DNA of 64,000 nucleotides from an uncultured Alphaproteobacteria bacterium (GTDB lineage Bacteria; Pseudomonadota; Alphaproteobacteria; RF32; CAG-239): NCBI GenBank assembly GCA_944391425.1, contig CALXTO010000001.1, positions 75,066 to 139,065 of the forward strand, read 5' to 3'. Shown piece by piece: positions 56,237 to 64,000 of this stretch (position 1 is its first letter; each line of letters starts with the position of its first letter). The notes under the pieces were generated by a model. It saw only the letters and a program-made list of their open reading frames with translations, ran no database searches and was not told where the DNA came from. The position numbers and the translations under genes were made by a program.

Positions 56237-56713
56237 CTAACGCCCGGTCGAGCCAAAGCCGTTTTCGCCGCGGGCCGTGTCTAACTTTGCAAACTCGGCG
56301 GCACTGACTTCGATAAATTTCGCTTTATACGGAAAAGGCAGTTCGACCTGAGCGATTTTATCCCCGGGTTGAATGACATAATCTTTGCCGCTGCCTTGCG
56401 GATTGGTGTTAAGCAGGCCGATTTTCCATTCGCCGCGATAATCCGTATCAATAATTCCGGCAATGGTAATCACACCGTGTTTTATGGCCAGGCCGCTGCG
56501 GGAATTGACACGAAACCATAACGGCGCTTCCGGTGCGGTTTTAATTGCCGTCGGAATACCGGCGTGTTCGCCGCATTTAAGAACAAACGGTTCGGAAATG
56601 GCAGCGCAGATATCAAAACAGGCGGCACCTTCCGTCGAATAAGCCAAGTTGTCCGGATTATCAACATAATGCGACAGCTTGGTAAACTTAACCGGCGTAT
56701 AAATTATTTCCAT
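56237..56713 (-). CDS. dut: dUTP diphosphatase
   Basis: 158 aa with the motifs RSGLAIKHG, GIIDTDYRGEW and RGENGFGSTGR. Its start overlaps the thyA stop. Confidence 0.9.
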   Translation of the reverse strand: MEIIYTPVKFTKLSHYVDNPDNLAYSTEGAACFDICAAISEPFVLKCGEHAGIPTAIKTAPEAPLWFRVNSRSGLAIKHGVITIAGIIDTDYRGEWKIGLLNTNPQGSGKDYVIQPGDKIAQVELPFPYKAKFIEVSAAEFAKLDTARGENGFGSTGR

Positions 56714-57498
56714 CAGACCGCTACCTTTGCTTTAATTGTGTCATGGCACTGATAATTAACCAGCTCAAAATCTTCATACTTAAAACCGTTGATGTCTTTA
56801 ACCTCAGGGTTAATCTTCATCTGCGGCAGCGGATAAGGCTTGCGGCTCAACTGCTCCCTCACCTGTTCAAAATGGTTATGATAAATGTGGGTATCGCCCA
56901 AGGTATGAATAAATTCGCCCGGCTCCAGCCCGCAGACCTGCGCCAACATCATTGTCAGCAGCGAATAGGAAGCGATGTTGAACGGCACGCCCAAAAACAT
57001 ATCGCAGCTGCGCTGGTAGAGCATACAGGAAAGCTTATTATTGGCAACATAGAACTGAAACATCATGTGGCAGGGTGGTAGCTTCATATCTTTGATTTTG
57101 CCGACATTCCAGGCCGACACGATGATGCGGCGGTCATTGGGATTGTGTTTGAGTTTGTCAACCACTTCGGCAAGCTGGTCAATTCCCTCGCCGTTCCAGT
57201 TGCGCCACTGCGAACCGTATACCGGCCCGAGATCGCCGTTTTCATCCGCCCATTCGTTCCAGATGCGCACGCCGTTGTCGGTCAGATATTTGATGTTGGT
57301 ATCGCCTTTGATAAACCACAACAGCTCATAAATAATGCTTTTGAGGTGGACTTTTTTTGTTGTTACCAGCGGAAAGCCTTTGCTCAGGTCAAAACGCATC
57401 TGGCGGCCGAAGACCGAGCGCGTGCCGGTGCCGGTACGGTCCATCTTATCCACGCCGTTTTTCATAATATCATCTAAAAGTTCAAGATATTGCTGCAT
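56713..57498 (-). CDS. thyA: thymidylate synthase
   Basis: [36 protein letters not shown] and 261 aa from the ATG at 57498. The track start at 57603 is an extension into folA. Confidence 0.97.
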   Translation of the reverse strand: MQQYLELLDDIMKNGVDKMDRTGTGTRSVFGRQMRFDLSKGFPLVTTKKVHLKSIIYELLWFIKGDTNIKYLTDNGVRIWNEWADENGDLGPVYGSQWRNWNGEGIDQLAEVVDKLKHNPNDRRIIVSAWNVGKIKDMKLPPCHMMFQFYVANNKLSCMLYQRSCDMFLGVPFNIASYSLLTMMLAQVCGLEPGEFIHTLGDTHIYHNHFEQVREQLSRKPYPLPQMKINPEVKDINGFKYEDFELVNYQCHDTIKAKVAV

Positions 57499-57502
57499 CT
57501 TC

Positions 57503-58072
57503 TTATTCCTCTTCAATTGCCTTGATAATACGTCTGATGACCGACTGGTCGACAAAGCCGCCTTTTTTGACATAGACCCGGGTTGTGATGTTATCGAGTT
57601 CATAATCCGGAAAAACCTGCATATATTGTTTTTGCATTACTTCCACACAGGAGGTGATGTCAATCTTGACACCGGTCAGTCCCGGCTGCAGTTCGCCGTG
57701 GTATTCGCAGTCGACAATCACGTCCGGCAGAAGCTTGGCGCCGGAAGTCATAAACAGCTTGTAAATCGTCGCGCCACCGGAAATATACAAATCTTCTTCA
57801 AAATCCTTAAAGTCATTGATATTGTTGACAACAAAGTGGTTGGCCTTGTCAGACACTTCGTAATCAGGGTTCAGGGTCAGCACGTAGATTTTGCGCTCCG
57901 GCAGCGTGCGGTTAGGAAAAGTTTCATAAGTCGTTTCTCCGGCAACGATGTTCTGCCCCGAGGTTATGCGGCGGAAACGCCTGAAATCGGAAGCCACATG
58001 CCAGGGTATCTGTGGCCCGATTCCGATTATGTTATCGCCTTTATGGCGGCACCAGACGGCAACTTTGGTCAT
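57503..58072 (-). CDS. folA: dihydrofolate reductase
   Basis: It starts at MTKVAVW, carries [23 protein letters not shown] and YISGGATIY, and lies 4 nt upstream of thyA. Confidence 0.85.
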   Translation of the reverse strand: MTKVAVWCRHKGDNIIGIGPQIPWHVASDFRRFRRITSGQNIVAGETTYETFPNRTLPERKIYVLTLNPDYEVSDKANHFVVNNINDFKDFEEDLYISGGATIYKLFMTSGAKLLPDVIVDCEYHGELQPGLTGVKIDITSCVEVMQKQYMQVFPDYELDNITTRVYVKKGGFVDQSVIRRIIKAIEEE

Positions 58073-58214
58073 TTTTTGTTCCTTTTCTTTGTTTGTCTCA
58101 GTATAAAACCATTCCAAAGAATACACAAAAAAACTATTGCTTTAATCCCCAGAATCTTAACACTTGAAATTTATGCGGAAATGCATATAATAAAGGTTGC
58201 CGGAGCAATCCGGC

Positions 58215-58530
58215 TGTGACACCAGAGGCTCTGTGAAATAGATGCTTTGGACCCGGGGGCAGTACCCGGCACCTCCACCAAAAAACGACAGATACAAGTT
58301 CTATTGCGGGGGTGAAACAGGTTTGACAGGGTATGGCAAAGACAGGTACGCCGTGTCCGGTGAGATACCACCGTTATCGGTTCAAATTAAAATGAGTGCT
58401 AACGATAATAACGTAGCTCCTGTTGCTATCGCTGCTTAATTTAGCAGTTGCAACAAACTGAATTCTCCTCGCTTTGGATAGCTTGGAGTGGGGGTATTGG
58501 GACTTCCCCAGCAACAGGAAAGTCCCTCTT
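58215..58530 (+). ncRNA. ssrA: two-piece (circularly permuted) tmRNA
   Basis: The acceptor piece ends ...CCGGG-GGCAGTA-CCCGG-CACCTCC-A-CCA at 58280. The coding piece starts GGGGGTG at 58308 and pairs with CACCTCC, giving a G3:U pair. The tag ORF GCT AAC GAT AAT AAC GTA GCT CCT GTT GCT ATC GCT GCT TAA (58398-58439) encodes ANDNNVAPVAIAA. A terminal hairpin lies at 58499-58526. The outer boundaries are approximate. Confidence 0.85.
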
Positions 58531-58550
58531 AATTGTTCAAAAGGTGTTAT

Positions 58551-59021
58551 ATGAGCGAAGAATTGCAAATTAATTACGACAAGCTGATGGAAAAAGCCCT
58601 TAAACACGTGGTGGTTGAGGCTTTGAAAATTGCTGCCGACGAAGGACTGCCCGGCGAACACCATTTTTATATTACTTTTAAAACCAGCCACCCTAATGCC
58701 AGATTGTCTGCCCAGCTGCTGAATCAATATCCCGAAGACATGACGATTGTTTTGCAGCACCAGTTTGCCAACCTGATGATCGGTGCAACCTATTTTGAAG
58801 TAGACCTCAGTTTCGGAGGTATTCCGCAAACCTTGCGCATTCCCTATGATGCCATTACCTATTTTGCAGATCCGCACGCCAAATTTGCCTTAAGCTTTGC
58901 CGCGGAAGAAGATATGTTTGCACGCGTTGCCGATGTTGAAACCGAAGAACCCGAACAGCCTAAAGCCGCACCCACGGCAGTAGTTGTGTCTATTGACGAA
59001 TATCGGAAAAAACATGCGTAA
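58551..59021 (+). CDS. sspB: ClpXP adaptor SspB (alphaproteobacterial type)
   Basis: MSEELQINYDKLMEKALKHVVVEALK...LPGEHHFYITFKT...YPEDMTIVLQHQF...FGGIPQTLRIPYDAITYFADP closely resembles Caulobacter SspB-alpha as I recall it. It ends in an acidic/Pro-rich tail and a basic C-terminus. Confidence 0.8.
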   Translation: MSEELQINYDKLMEKALKHVVVEALKIAADEGLPGEHHFYITFKTSHPNARLSAQLLNQYPEDMTIVLQHQFANLMIGATYFEVDLSFGGIPQTLRIPYDAITYFADPHAKFALSFAAEEDMFARVADVETEEPEQPKAAPTAVVVSIDEYRKKHA

Positions 59022-59223
59022 AATATCGGTGATTATTGCCGGCAGGCATTCCACCAGCATTTGTCTGGAAGATGAGTTTTACGAAGAATTAAAAAGAATT
59101 GCCGCGGATAACGGCATGAGCATTAACCAGTTGGTTACCCAAATTGACGGCAGCAGGCAAAAAGAAAACCTTTCAAGCGCTATTCGCGTTTATATTTTGC
59201 AGGAATTAAAGAAACATCTTTAA
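59014..59223 (+). CDS. ribbon-helix-helix domain protein
   Basis: MRKISVIIAGRHSTSICLEDEFYEELKRIAADNGMSINQLVTQID...LSSAIRVYIL fits the RHH_4-like small-protein pattern common in Alphaproteobacteria. It overlaps the sspB stop by 8 nt. Confidence 0.7.
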   Translation: MRKISVIIAGRHSTSICLEDEFYEELKRIAADNGMSINQLVTQIDGSRQKENLSSAIRVYILQELKKHL

Positions 59224-59283
59224 ACCGGTCAAATTCCGGCAAGCGGAGCAAATTTCTAAGCTGCAATTTAAGTTATAAAAATA

Positions 59284-59312
59284 AAGAGCCCCTCCCAAGA
59301 GGGGCTTTTTTT
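59284..59312. terminator. bidirectional intrinsic terminator
   Basis: AGAGCCCCTC-ccaa-GAGGGGCT plus TTTTTT. Confidence 0.85.
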
Positions 59313-59559
59313 AATAGGCATTACTAAACGAACACTGTGAAACCCTGTAGCTTTCTCCTCCGCCGGTCATATATTTACAGGTGCTGTACGTGTTCGGATA
59401 CCGGGCTATCGGACATTTAAACTCTCCGTTGACACAGACGGCGGAATAGCCTCCTCAATCATTTCTTACGGTAAAGGAAGAAGAGTTGGATCTGTTACAA
59501 CCTAATACAACATAGGAACTTTGCATAGTAATATCCCAAATATTCAATAGCTTCTGCAT
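59311..59559 (-). pseudogene. small Cys-rich ORF interrupted by an in-frame TGA (pseudogene or recoding candidate)
   Basis: Own translation gives MQKLLNIWDITMQSSYVVLGCNRSNSSSFTVRND-TGA-GGYSAVCVNGEFKCPIARYPNTYSTCKYMTGGGESYRVSQCSFSNAY-TAA. The TGA is at 59455-59457, and the ORF ends at the terminator. Confidence 0.25.
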
Positions 59560-59566
59560 TGCTCAT

Positions 59567-59602
59567 ATTCCGATAAACCAATTTATATTAGTTTATCGGA
59601 AT
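59567..59602. repeat. perfect 12-bp inverted repeat with 12-nt spacer
   Basis: ATTCCGATAAAC (59567-59578) and GTTTATCGGAAT (59591-59602), immediately upstream (minus strand) of the small ORF start codons. Confidence 0.7.
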
Positions 59603-59660
59603 ATATACAAAGAATTAAAATAAATTGGACTACCTGGACGCACTGCATACCATGTTATGT

Positions 59661-59695
59661 AAAAAAGAAGCCCTTTGTTAAGGGCTTCTTTTTTA
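59661..59695 (-). terminator. intrinsic terminator of the alpha/beta hydrolase gene
   Basis: GAAGCCCTT-tgtt-AAGGGCTTC with flanking A/T runs. Confidence 0.8.
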
Positions 59696-60463
59696 TTCTT
59701 CGGTATCGTCCAACTCATCGTCAAAATCATCGGCGGCATCATTTGCCAACAACAGGGCATCCTCCTGCCCGCTTTCTATCTCTGCTTTTTTGCGGCGACC
59801 GCGGCGTTTTTTGATAGGAGTTTTCTTTTTCATGGCATCGATTATATAATTTCCGGCAACTTTATATAAGTCAACCAGATGATTATTATACATATGGTCG
59901 GCGTTTTCGATCATGGCATAAGTTACGGAAACGTTGCGCTGAGTATTAAGACGCTTAACCAAGGTTGTTACGCTGGCCGGCGTGACAATCTCATCAATAC
60001 AGCCCTGAGTGATGAGGCCTGATGTCGGACACGGAGCCAAAAAAGAAAAGTCTTTTTCGTTAGCCGGCGGCGAAACGGCAATAAAATTATTAATGTCCGG
60101 ACGGCGCATCAGAAGCTGCAAACCGATCCAGGCACCGAAAGAATAACCAGCAATCCAGCATTGGCGCGCTTCCGGATTAACGGACTGCAGCCAGTCCAGT
60201 GCAACCGTGGCATCAGAAAGTTCACCCGGGCCGTCTTCAAAGTTGCCCTGCGAACGTCCGACGCTACGAAAGTTAAAACGCAGAACCGAAAAACCGAGGT
60301 TTTGAAAACAGCTGAACAAAGTATAGACAACCTTGTTGTTCATAGTTCCGCCGTATTGAGGATGCGGATGGAGAATTAACGCAACCGGAGCCGCGGGATT
60401 TTCGCTTTGATGATAGCGACCTTCAAGGCGGCCGGCGTGTCCGTTGAATAATACTTCTGTCAT
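59693..60463 (-). CDS. alpha/beta hydrolase with basic-then-acidic C-terminal tail
   Basis: 256 aa with a nucleophile elbow GYSFG and blocks LILHPHPQYGGTMNNKV and LRFNFRSVGRSQG. The tail is KKKTPIKKRRGRRKKAEIESGQ...DDFDDELDDTEE. Confidence 0.8.
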   Translation of the reverse strand: MTEVLFNGHAGRLEGRYHQSENPAAPVALILHPHPQYGGTMNNKVVYTLFSCFQNLGFSVLRFNFRSVGRSQGNFEDGPGELSDATVALDWLQSVNPEARQCWIAGYSFGAWIGLQLLMRRPDINNFIAVSPPANEKDFSFLAPCPTSGLITQGCIDEIVTPASVTTLVKRLNTQRNVSVTYAMIENADHMYNNHLVDLYKVAGNYIIDAMKKKTPIKKRRGRRKKAEIESGQEDALLLANDAADDFDDELDDTEE

Positions 60464-60551
60464 TTTTCTTTTAACCTAAATTTAGAACTTTTGGTATTAT
60501 ATAATGTTAATGCTGTATAAATTGTTAACGTTTTCGGGAATGTAGCACAAA

Positions 60552-61235
60552 ATGAAACAAAAATTCAAGATGATTCTTTCCGACATTGATGCGGTCATTG
60601 CCAGAGATCCGGCAACCAAAAGCCGAATCGAGGCTTTGCTCTGCTCTGCCGGGCTGCAGGCGATTATTGCTCACCGGCTGACTCACGCTTTATGGAAGCG
60701 TAATTTTTGCTTAACCGCGAGAGTGTTGGCGCAAATTGTACGCTTTTTAACCGGCGTGGAAATTCATCCGGGTGCGCGAATCGGCAAAGGTTTCTTTATT
60801 GACCACGGGATGGGTGTTGTCATCGGCGAAACGACGGAAATCGGCGACAACGTTACATTGTACCATGGCGTTACCCTGGGCGGAACGAAAGCTTTTTCCG
60901 CCTGTGGCAAAAATACCGCCAAAAGACATCCGACTCTGGGAAACAATGTTATTGTCGGCGCCGGCGCGCAAATACTGGGACCGATCAAAGTTGGCAATGA
61001 CAGCAAAATCGGCGCTAATGCCGTTGTTTTGAAAGACGTGGCTGCCGGGCAAACCGTGGTCGGCGTTCCGGCGCATAAAGTCGAAAAATCGAAAGCCAAA
61101 CCCGAAATTTTTGAAGCTTATGGTGTATGCGCTTTGGACAAAGACCCGATTGAATGTCGTCTGGAGCAGTTGCAGGCCGAAATAGAACATTTGAAAGGCG
61201 AACACAAAAATGGAACGAAACAGCCTGGGGCTTGA
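60552..61235 (+). CDS. cysE: serine O-acetyltransferase
   Basis: DPATKS, hexapeptide repeats ([41 protein letters not shown]). Confidence 0.9.
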   Translation: MKQKFKMILSDIDAVIARDPATKSRIEALLCSAGLQAIIAHRLTHALWKRNFCLTARVLAQIVRFLTGVEIHPGARIGKGFFIDHGMGVVIGETTEIGDNVTLYHGVTLGGTKAFSACGKNTAKRHPTLGNNVIVGAGAQILGPIKVGNDSKIGANAVVLKDVAAGQTVVGVPAHKVEKSKAKPEIFEAYGVCALDKDPIECRLEQLQAEIEHLKGEHKNGTKQPGA

Positions 61236-62292
61236 CAAGCCTGCTTCCGAAACAAAAGTCTGCGTTGCGATGTCCGGCGGCGTTGACAGTTCGGTTGCCG
61301 CCTATCTGTTGCAAAAAGAAGGATACCGGGTTTTCGGACTGACAATGGATTTGCTTGAACCGCCTTATGCCCCCGCCGCCCCCGTTATTGCCGACGCAGC
61401 AAAAGTTGCCGCCGTTTTGGGCATCGAACATCGGGTGCTTGATCTGAAAAAAGAATTCCGCCGGCATGTCGTCGATTATTTTTGCGAAACATATTTAAAC
61501 GGACAAACTCCCTCTCCGTGCATTTTGTGCAATCGTCACATCAAACTCGGTATCTTGGCCGACGAAGCGCGAAAAGCCGGAGCCGACCTGATTGTTACCG
61601 GCCATTATGCCGAAATAAAGGTTACGTCCGACGGAGCGGAACTGCATAAAGGGAAAGACCCCATTCGCGACCAAAGCTATTTTTTGTTTAACATTTCAAG
61701 AGAAAATCTGCAAATGCTGAGATGTCCCCTATCCGCTTTTGATAAAACGGAAACCAGGAAAATTGCCGCCGAGGCGGGACTCCCGGTGGCGCAAAAATCA
61801 GACAGTCAGGATATTTGTTTTGTTGCCGAAGGAAAATACGCTCAGCTGATTGACAAACTGCGTTCCGATTTTAAGAACGTTCCCGGAAATATCATAACGA
61901 CCGACGGCAAAATTATCGGACGGCACAAGGGTATTATACATTATACCGTCGGTCAGCGCCGGGGGCTGAATATCGGCGGCGGTACCATTTATTATGTCGT
62001 TCGTATTGATGCGGCCAATAATACTGTTATTGTCGGCACCCAGGAGGAGCTTTTTACCCGCGAAGTCAGAATCGAAAAATTAAACCTGCTGTGCAAAGAA
62101 ACGCCGCCAGACGGCTGTTTTACGGTCAAATTACGGTCGCGCCAAAAAGAAGTGCCGGCGGAAGTGTTTTTCGGCAACGGCGAAGCCCGGCTCCGCCTGG
62201 CAGAAGATTTTGCCGCCGCAGCCCCGGGGCAAGGCTGTTGTATTTATGACGGGACAAGAGTTGTCGGCGGGGGTTTTATCGCTTCAAGATAA
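61210..62292 (+). CDS. mnmA: tRNA 2-thiouridine(34) synthase MnmA
   Basis: PP-loop [16 protein letters not shown], plus PCILCN and DQSYFL motifs. Confidence 0.95.
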   Translation: MERNSLGLDKPASETKVCVAMSGGVDSSVAAYLLQKEGYRVFGLTMDLLEPPYAPAAPVIADAAKVAAVLGIEHRVLDLKKEFRRHVVDYFCETYLNGQTPSPCILCNRHIKLGILADEARKAGADLIVTGHYAEIKVTSDGAELHKGKDPIRDQSYFLFNISRENLQMLRCPLSAFDKTETRKIAAEAGLPVAQKSDSQDICFVAEGKYAQLIDKLRSDFKNVPGNIITTDGKIIGRHKGIIHYTVGQRRGLNIGGGTIYYVVRIDAANNTVIVGTQEELFTREVRIEKLNLLCKETPPDGCFTVKLRSRQKEVPAEVFFGNGEARLRLAEDFAAAAPGQGCCIYDGTRVVGGGFIASR

Positions 62293-62382
62293 TTTTTTGA
62301 AAAATATAACAATTTTGTAACTATTCTTATGTTAGATTTTGGTATATAATGAATTTAAGTAAGGACGGCTGGGGAGGTTGCC

Positions 62383-62973
62383 ATGGGAAAATCTATATTT
62401 ATCGGCATTGCCGCCGGATGTTTGCTGACAGCGGTTTCGGCTGCGGCGCAACTGCCTGCTAACCCTTGGGAAATTAATCCCAACGACGGGTATATGGGCG
62501 ATAATGTCGCCAATACCGATATTACTCAGGCGCCGGTTTATAACGATACGGCAAACGGCGGCGATATTCTGCCGGTTGACCCGTGGGCCCGCGCCCGCGA
62601 CAAAAGCGGCATCACAACATGGCGAGGCAGCGGACAGCACGGAAAACTGAATTATATCGGCGAAGCGACTACCTACGGCGACGCCATGGGACAGGAGATG
62701 ATTGCACCCGAAGTTAACCGCCATAATATGCTGGTGGCGACCCAACACCTGCGCAATCTGGGCTACAAAATTCCAGACAGCTATGATCAGAAAATCAAAG
62801 ATTTGCCACAGGCCTATGCCAGACAGCTTCGTGACGCCTATAACGGCCTCGGACATCAGAATAATCCTTTTGACACCATGTTTTCAGGGTTTATTGACGT
62901 GGTTGAAGATCAATCCGGACTGGATATGGAAAACATTCTTTTTAACAGTATTGACATTTTATCTACGGATTAA
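62383..62973 (+). CDS. hypothetical secreted protein
   Basis: 196 aa with a GGGGAGG RBS and a signal peptide (MGKSIFIGIAAGCLLTAVSAAAQ). No known motif. Confidence 0.55.
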   Translation: MGKSIFIGIAAGCLLTAVSAAAQLPANPWEINPNDGYMGDNVANTDITQAPVYNDTANGGDILPVDPWARARDKSGITTWRGSGQHGKLNYIGEATTYGDAMGQEMIAPEVNRHNMLVATQHLRNLGYKIPDSYDQKIKDLPQAYARQLRDAYNGLGHQNNPFDTMFSGFIDVVEDQSGLDMENILFNSIDILSTD

Positions 62974-62977
62974 TCCT

Positions 62978-63463
62978 ATGAATAAAAAACTTCTTTTAAC
63001 TGCGGCTCTGATTGTATTATTTTCCTCTCCGTGCGAAGCGCAATGGTTTGGTTCCCGTCCGAAAGATACCTCCGGGCCGGCCGCCGAATCTGTTTCTGTC
63101 CCCGCAACCGAGCCCGCGCAGGAAACTTTCGGAGAAGAGAATACCCCGCAGACTGAAAAATTGGCAGAACCCGCTCCCGTGGCGCCTACGCCGGAAGAAA
63201 TAATCAATACAAAAAAACCTTTGATGAAAAGCATTCAGATAACCACAGTCAATGCTACTCCGCAAGAGCGCGAAAAACTGGTTGACGCCATTTCTACCTT
63301 GGATAAGATTCAGGCACGACGACAAAACCGCAATCTCTCTCCCGAAAGCCAGATTAAAGCGGAAACTCCTCATATTAATGCCAAAGACCGTCGGGAAGTT
63401 CAAAAATTTCTTAATGAAAAATATGTGGCACCAATCGGAAACTTTTCGGAAAACCAGGAATAA
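62978..63463 (+). CDS. hypothetical secreted protein
   Basis: Start at MNKKLLLTAALIVLFSSPCEAQ (signal peptide), with a Pro/Glu-rich linker. The track start at 62702 overlaps the previous gene. Confidence 0.55.
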   Translation: MNKKLLLTAALIVLFSSPCEAQWFGSRPKDTSGPAAESVSVPATEPAQETFGEENTPQTEKLAEPAPVAPTPEEIINTKKPLMKSIQITTVNATPQEREKLVDAISTLDKIQARRQNRNLSPESQIKAETPHINAKDRREVQKFLNEKYVAPIGNFSENQE

Positions 63464-63465
63464 AA

Positions 63466-64000
63466 ATGCTGCCTTATGTTATTTTGGTTGAGCCTCAGAT
63501 GGCCGAAAACGTAGGCATGGCCGCACGAGCCATGATGAACTGCGGTTTGGAAAATATGCGCCTGGTCCGCCCGAGGGAGGATCATTTGTCCGATAAGGCG
63601 CTTGCGGCTTCTTCCGGCGCCGGGGAAATTTTGCATAATGCCCAAGTTTTTGCATCTGTCCGAGAGGCCATTGCCGACCTCAACTGGGTTGCCGCAACAA
63701 CAGCTCGACATCGCGACCAGACCAAAACCGTTATGAACGCCGACCACGCGGCAGAGCAAATGTGCGAACTGACCGCATCGGGAAATAAATGCGGCATTAT
63801 GTTCGGTCCCGAACGCACCGGATTGCGCAATGAAGATGTCTGCCTGGCAGATGTCATTATTAACGTGCCTTTGAATCCCAAACACTGCTCTTTGAATTTG
63901 TCTCAGGCGGTACTGCTCGTCGGCTACGAGTTTTACAAAACGCAGATTGAAATCCCTCGGGCACAACTGGTAACCAACCATACCGTTCCGGCCGAAAAAG
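63466..64000 (+). CDS. trmJ: SpoU/TrmH-class RNA 2'-O-methyltransferase (TrmJ-like), C-terminally truncated by window edge
   Basis: Own translation gives MLPYVILVEPQMAENVGMAARAMMNCGLENMRLVRPRE...GIMFGPERTGLRNEDV...INVPLNPKHCSLNLSQAVLLVGYEF. The ORF is open at the window edge, so it is absent from the track. Confidence 0.8.
   Translation, partial: MLPYVILVEPQMAENVGMAARAMMNCGLENMRLVRPREDHLSDKALAASSGAGEILHNAQVFASVREAIADLNWVAATTARHRDQTKTVMNADHAAEQMCELTASGNKCGIMFGPERTGLRNEDVCLADVIINVPLNPKHCSLNLSQAVLLVGYEFYKTQIEIPRAQLVTNHTVPAEK

Noticed and set aside
57499-57603. 35-codon upstream extension of thyA (and similar extensions of trkA, tpiA, tspO, rlpA and the 62702 ORF)
   Set aside because: The extensions overlap the upstream gene and precede the canonical family N-termini. 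Internal Met starts give normal lengths.
57335-58219. 294-aa plus-strand ORF
   Set aside because: It is antisense to thyA and folA, and no motif supports it.
59455-59457. Selenocysteine reading of the in-frame TGA
   Set aside because: Only a weak 4-bp stem follows the TGA, with no bacterial SECIS-like hairpin. No sel genes are visible in the window. A pseudogene is more parsimonious. It is retained as a low-interest item only.
63400-63981. 193-aa minus-strand ORF
   Set aside because: It is antisense to a clear SpoU/TrmJ-type methyltransferase frame that is open to the window end.
1-64000. CRISPR arrays, IS elements, integrases, prophage or defence-island genes
   Set aside because: I looked for spaced direct repeats, terminal inverted repeats and the relevant protein motifs in all listed ORFs. 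None was found. The window is mostly core chromosome.

Overview
This 64-kb window is chromosomal DNA, mid-40s %GC by eye. Its gene content and synteny are alphaproteobacterial: tmk-holB-tatD, dusB-trkA-hfq-hflX, parC-recO, tpiA-secG-pyrG, folA-thyA-dut, a circularly permuted two-piece tmRNA with an ANDNNVAPVAIAA tag, and an SspB-alpha-type adaptor. The accessory genes are anaerobe-style: rubrerythrin, a PerR-like Fur regulator, flavodiiron FprA, a HydE-like radical-SAM maturase and an archaeal/eukaryote-type ProRS. That mix suggests an uncultured, host-associated anaerobic alphaproteobacterium, which is an inference. I support about 65 CDS, 3 tRNAs, 1 tmRNA and many intrinsic terminators. I saw no rRNA, CRISPR array, transposase, integrase or prophage genes. 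Items worth a second look: (1) an orphan flagellin whose variable region is a DUF1566/Lcl-C-like globular domain; (2) a 1393-aa membrane-anchored coiled-coil giant with a small coupled partner; (3) a roughly 400-nt highly structured plus-strand RNA-like region ending in a terminator; (4) a 441-aa protein built from about 20-residue beta-solenoid-like repeats plus a small partner; (5) an archaeal-type glycerol-1-phosphate dehydrogenase translationally coupled to a HAD phosphatase; (6) three tandem hairpin/U-run modules (candidate sRNAs); (7) a small Cys-rich ORF interrupted by an in-frame TGA next to a perfect 12-bp inverted repeat. All functional calls rest on motif recognition by eye. No database search was run.
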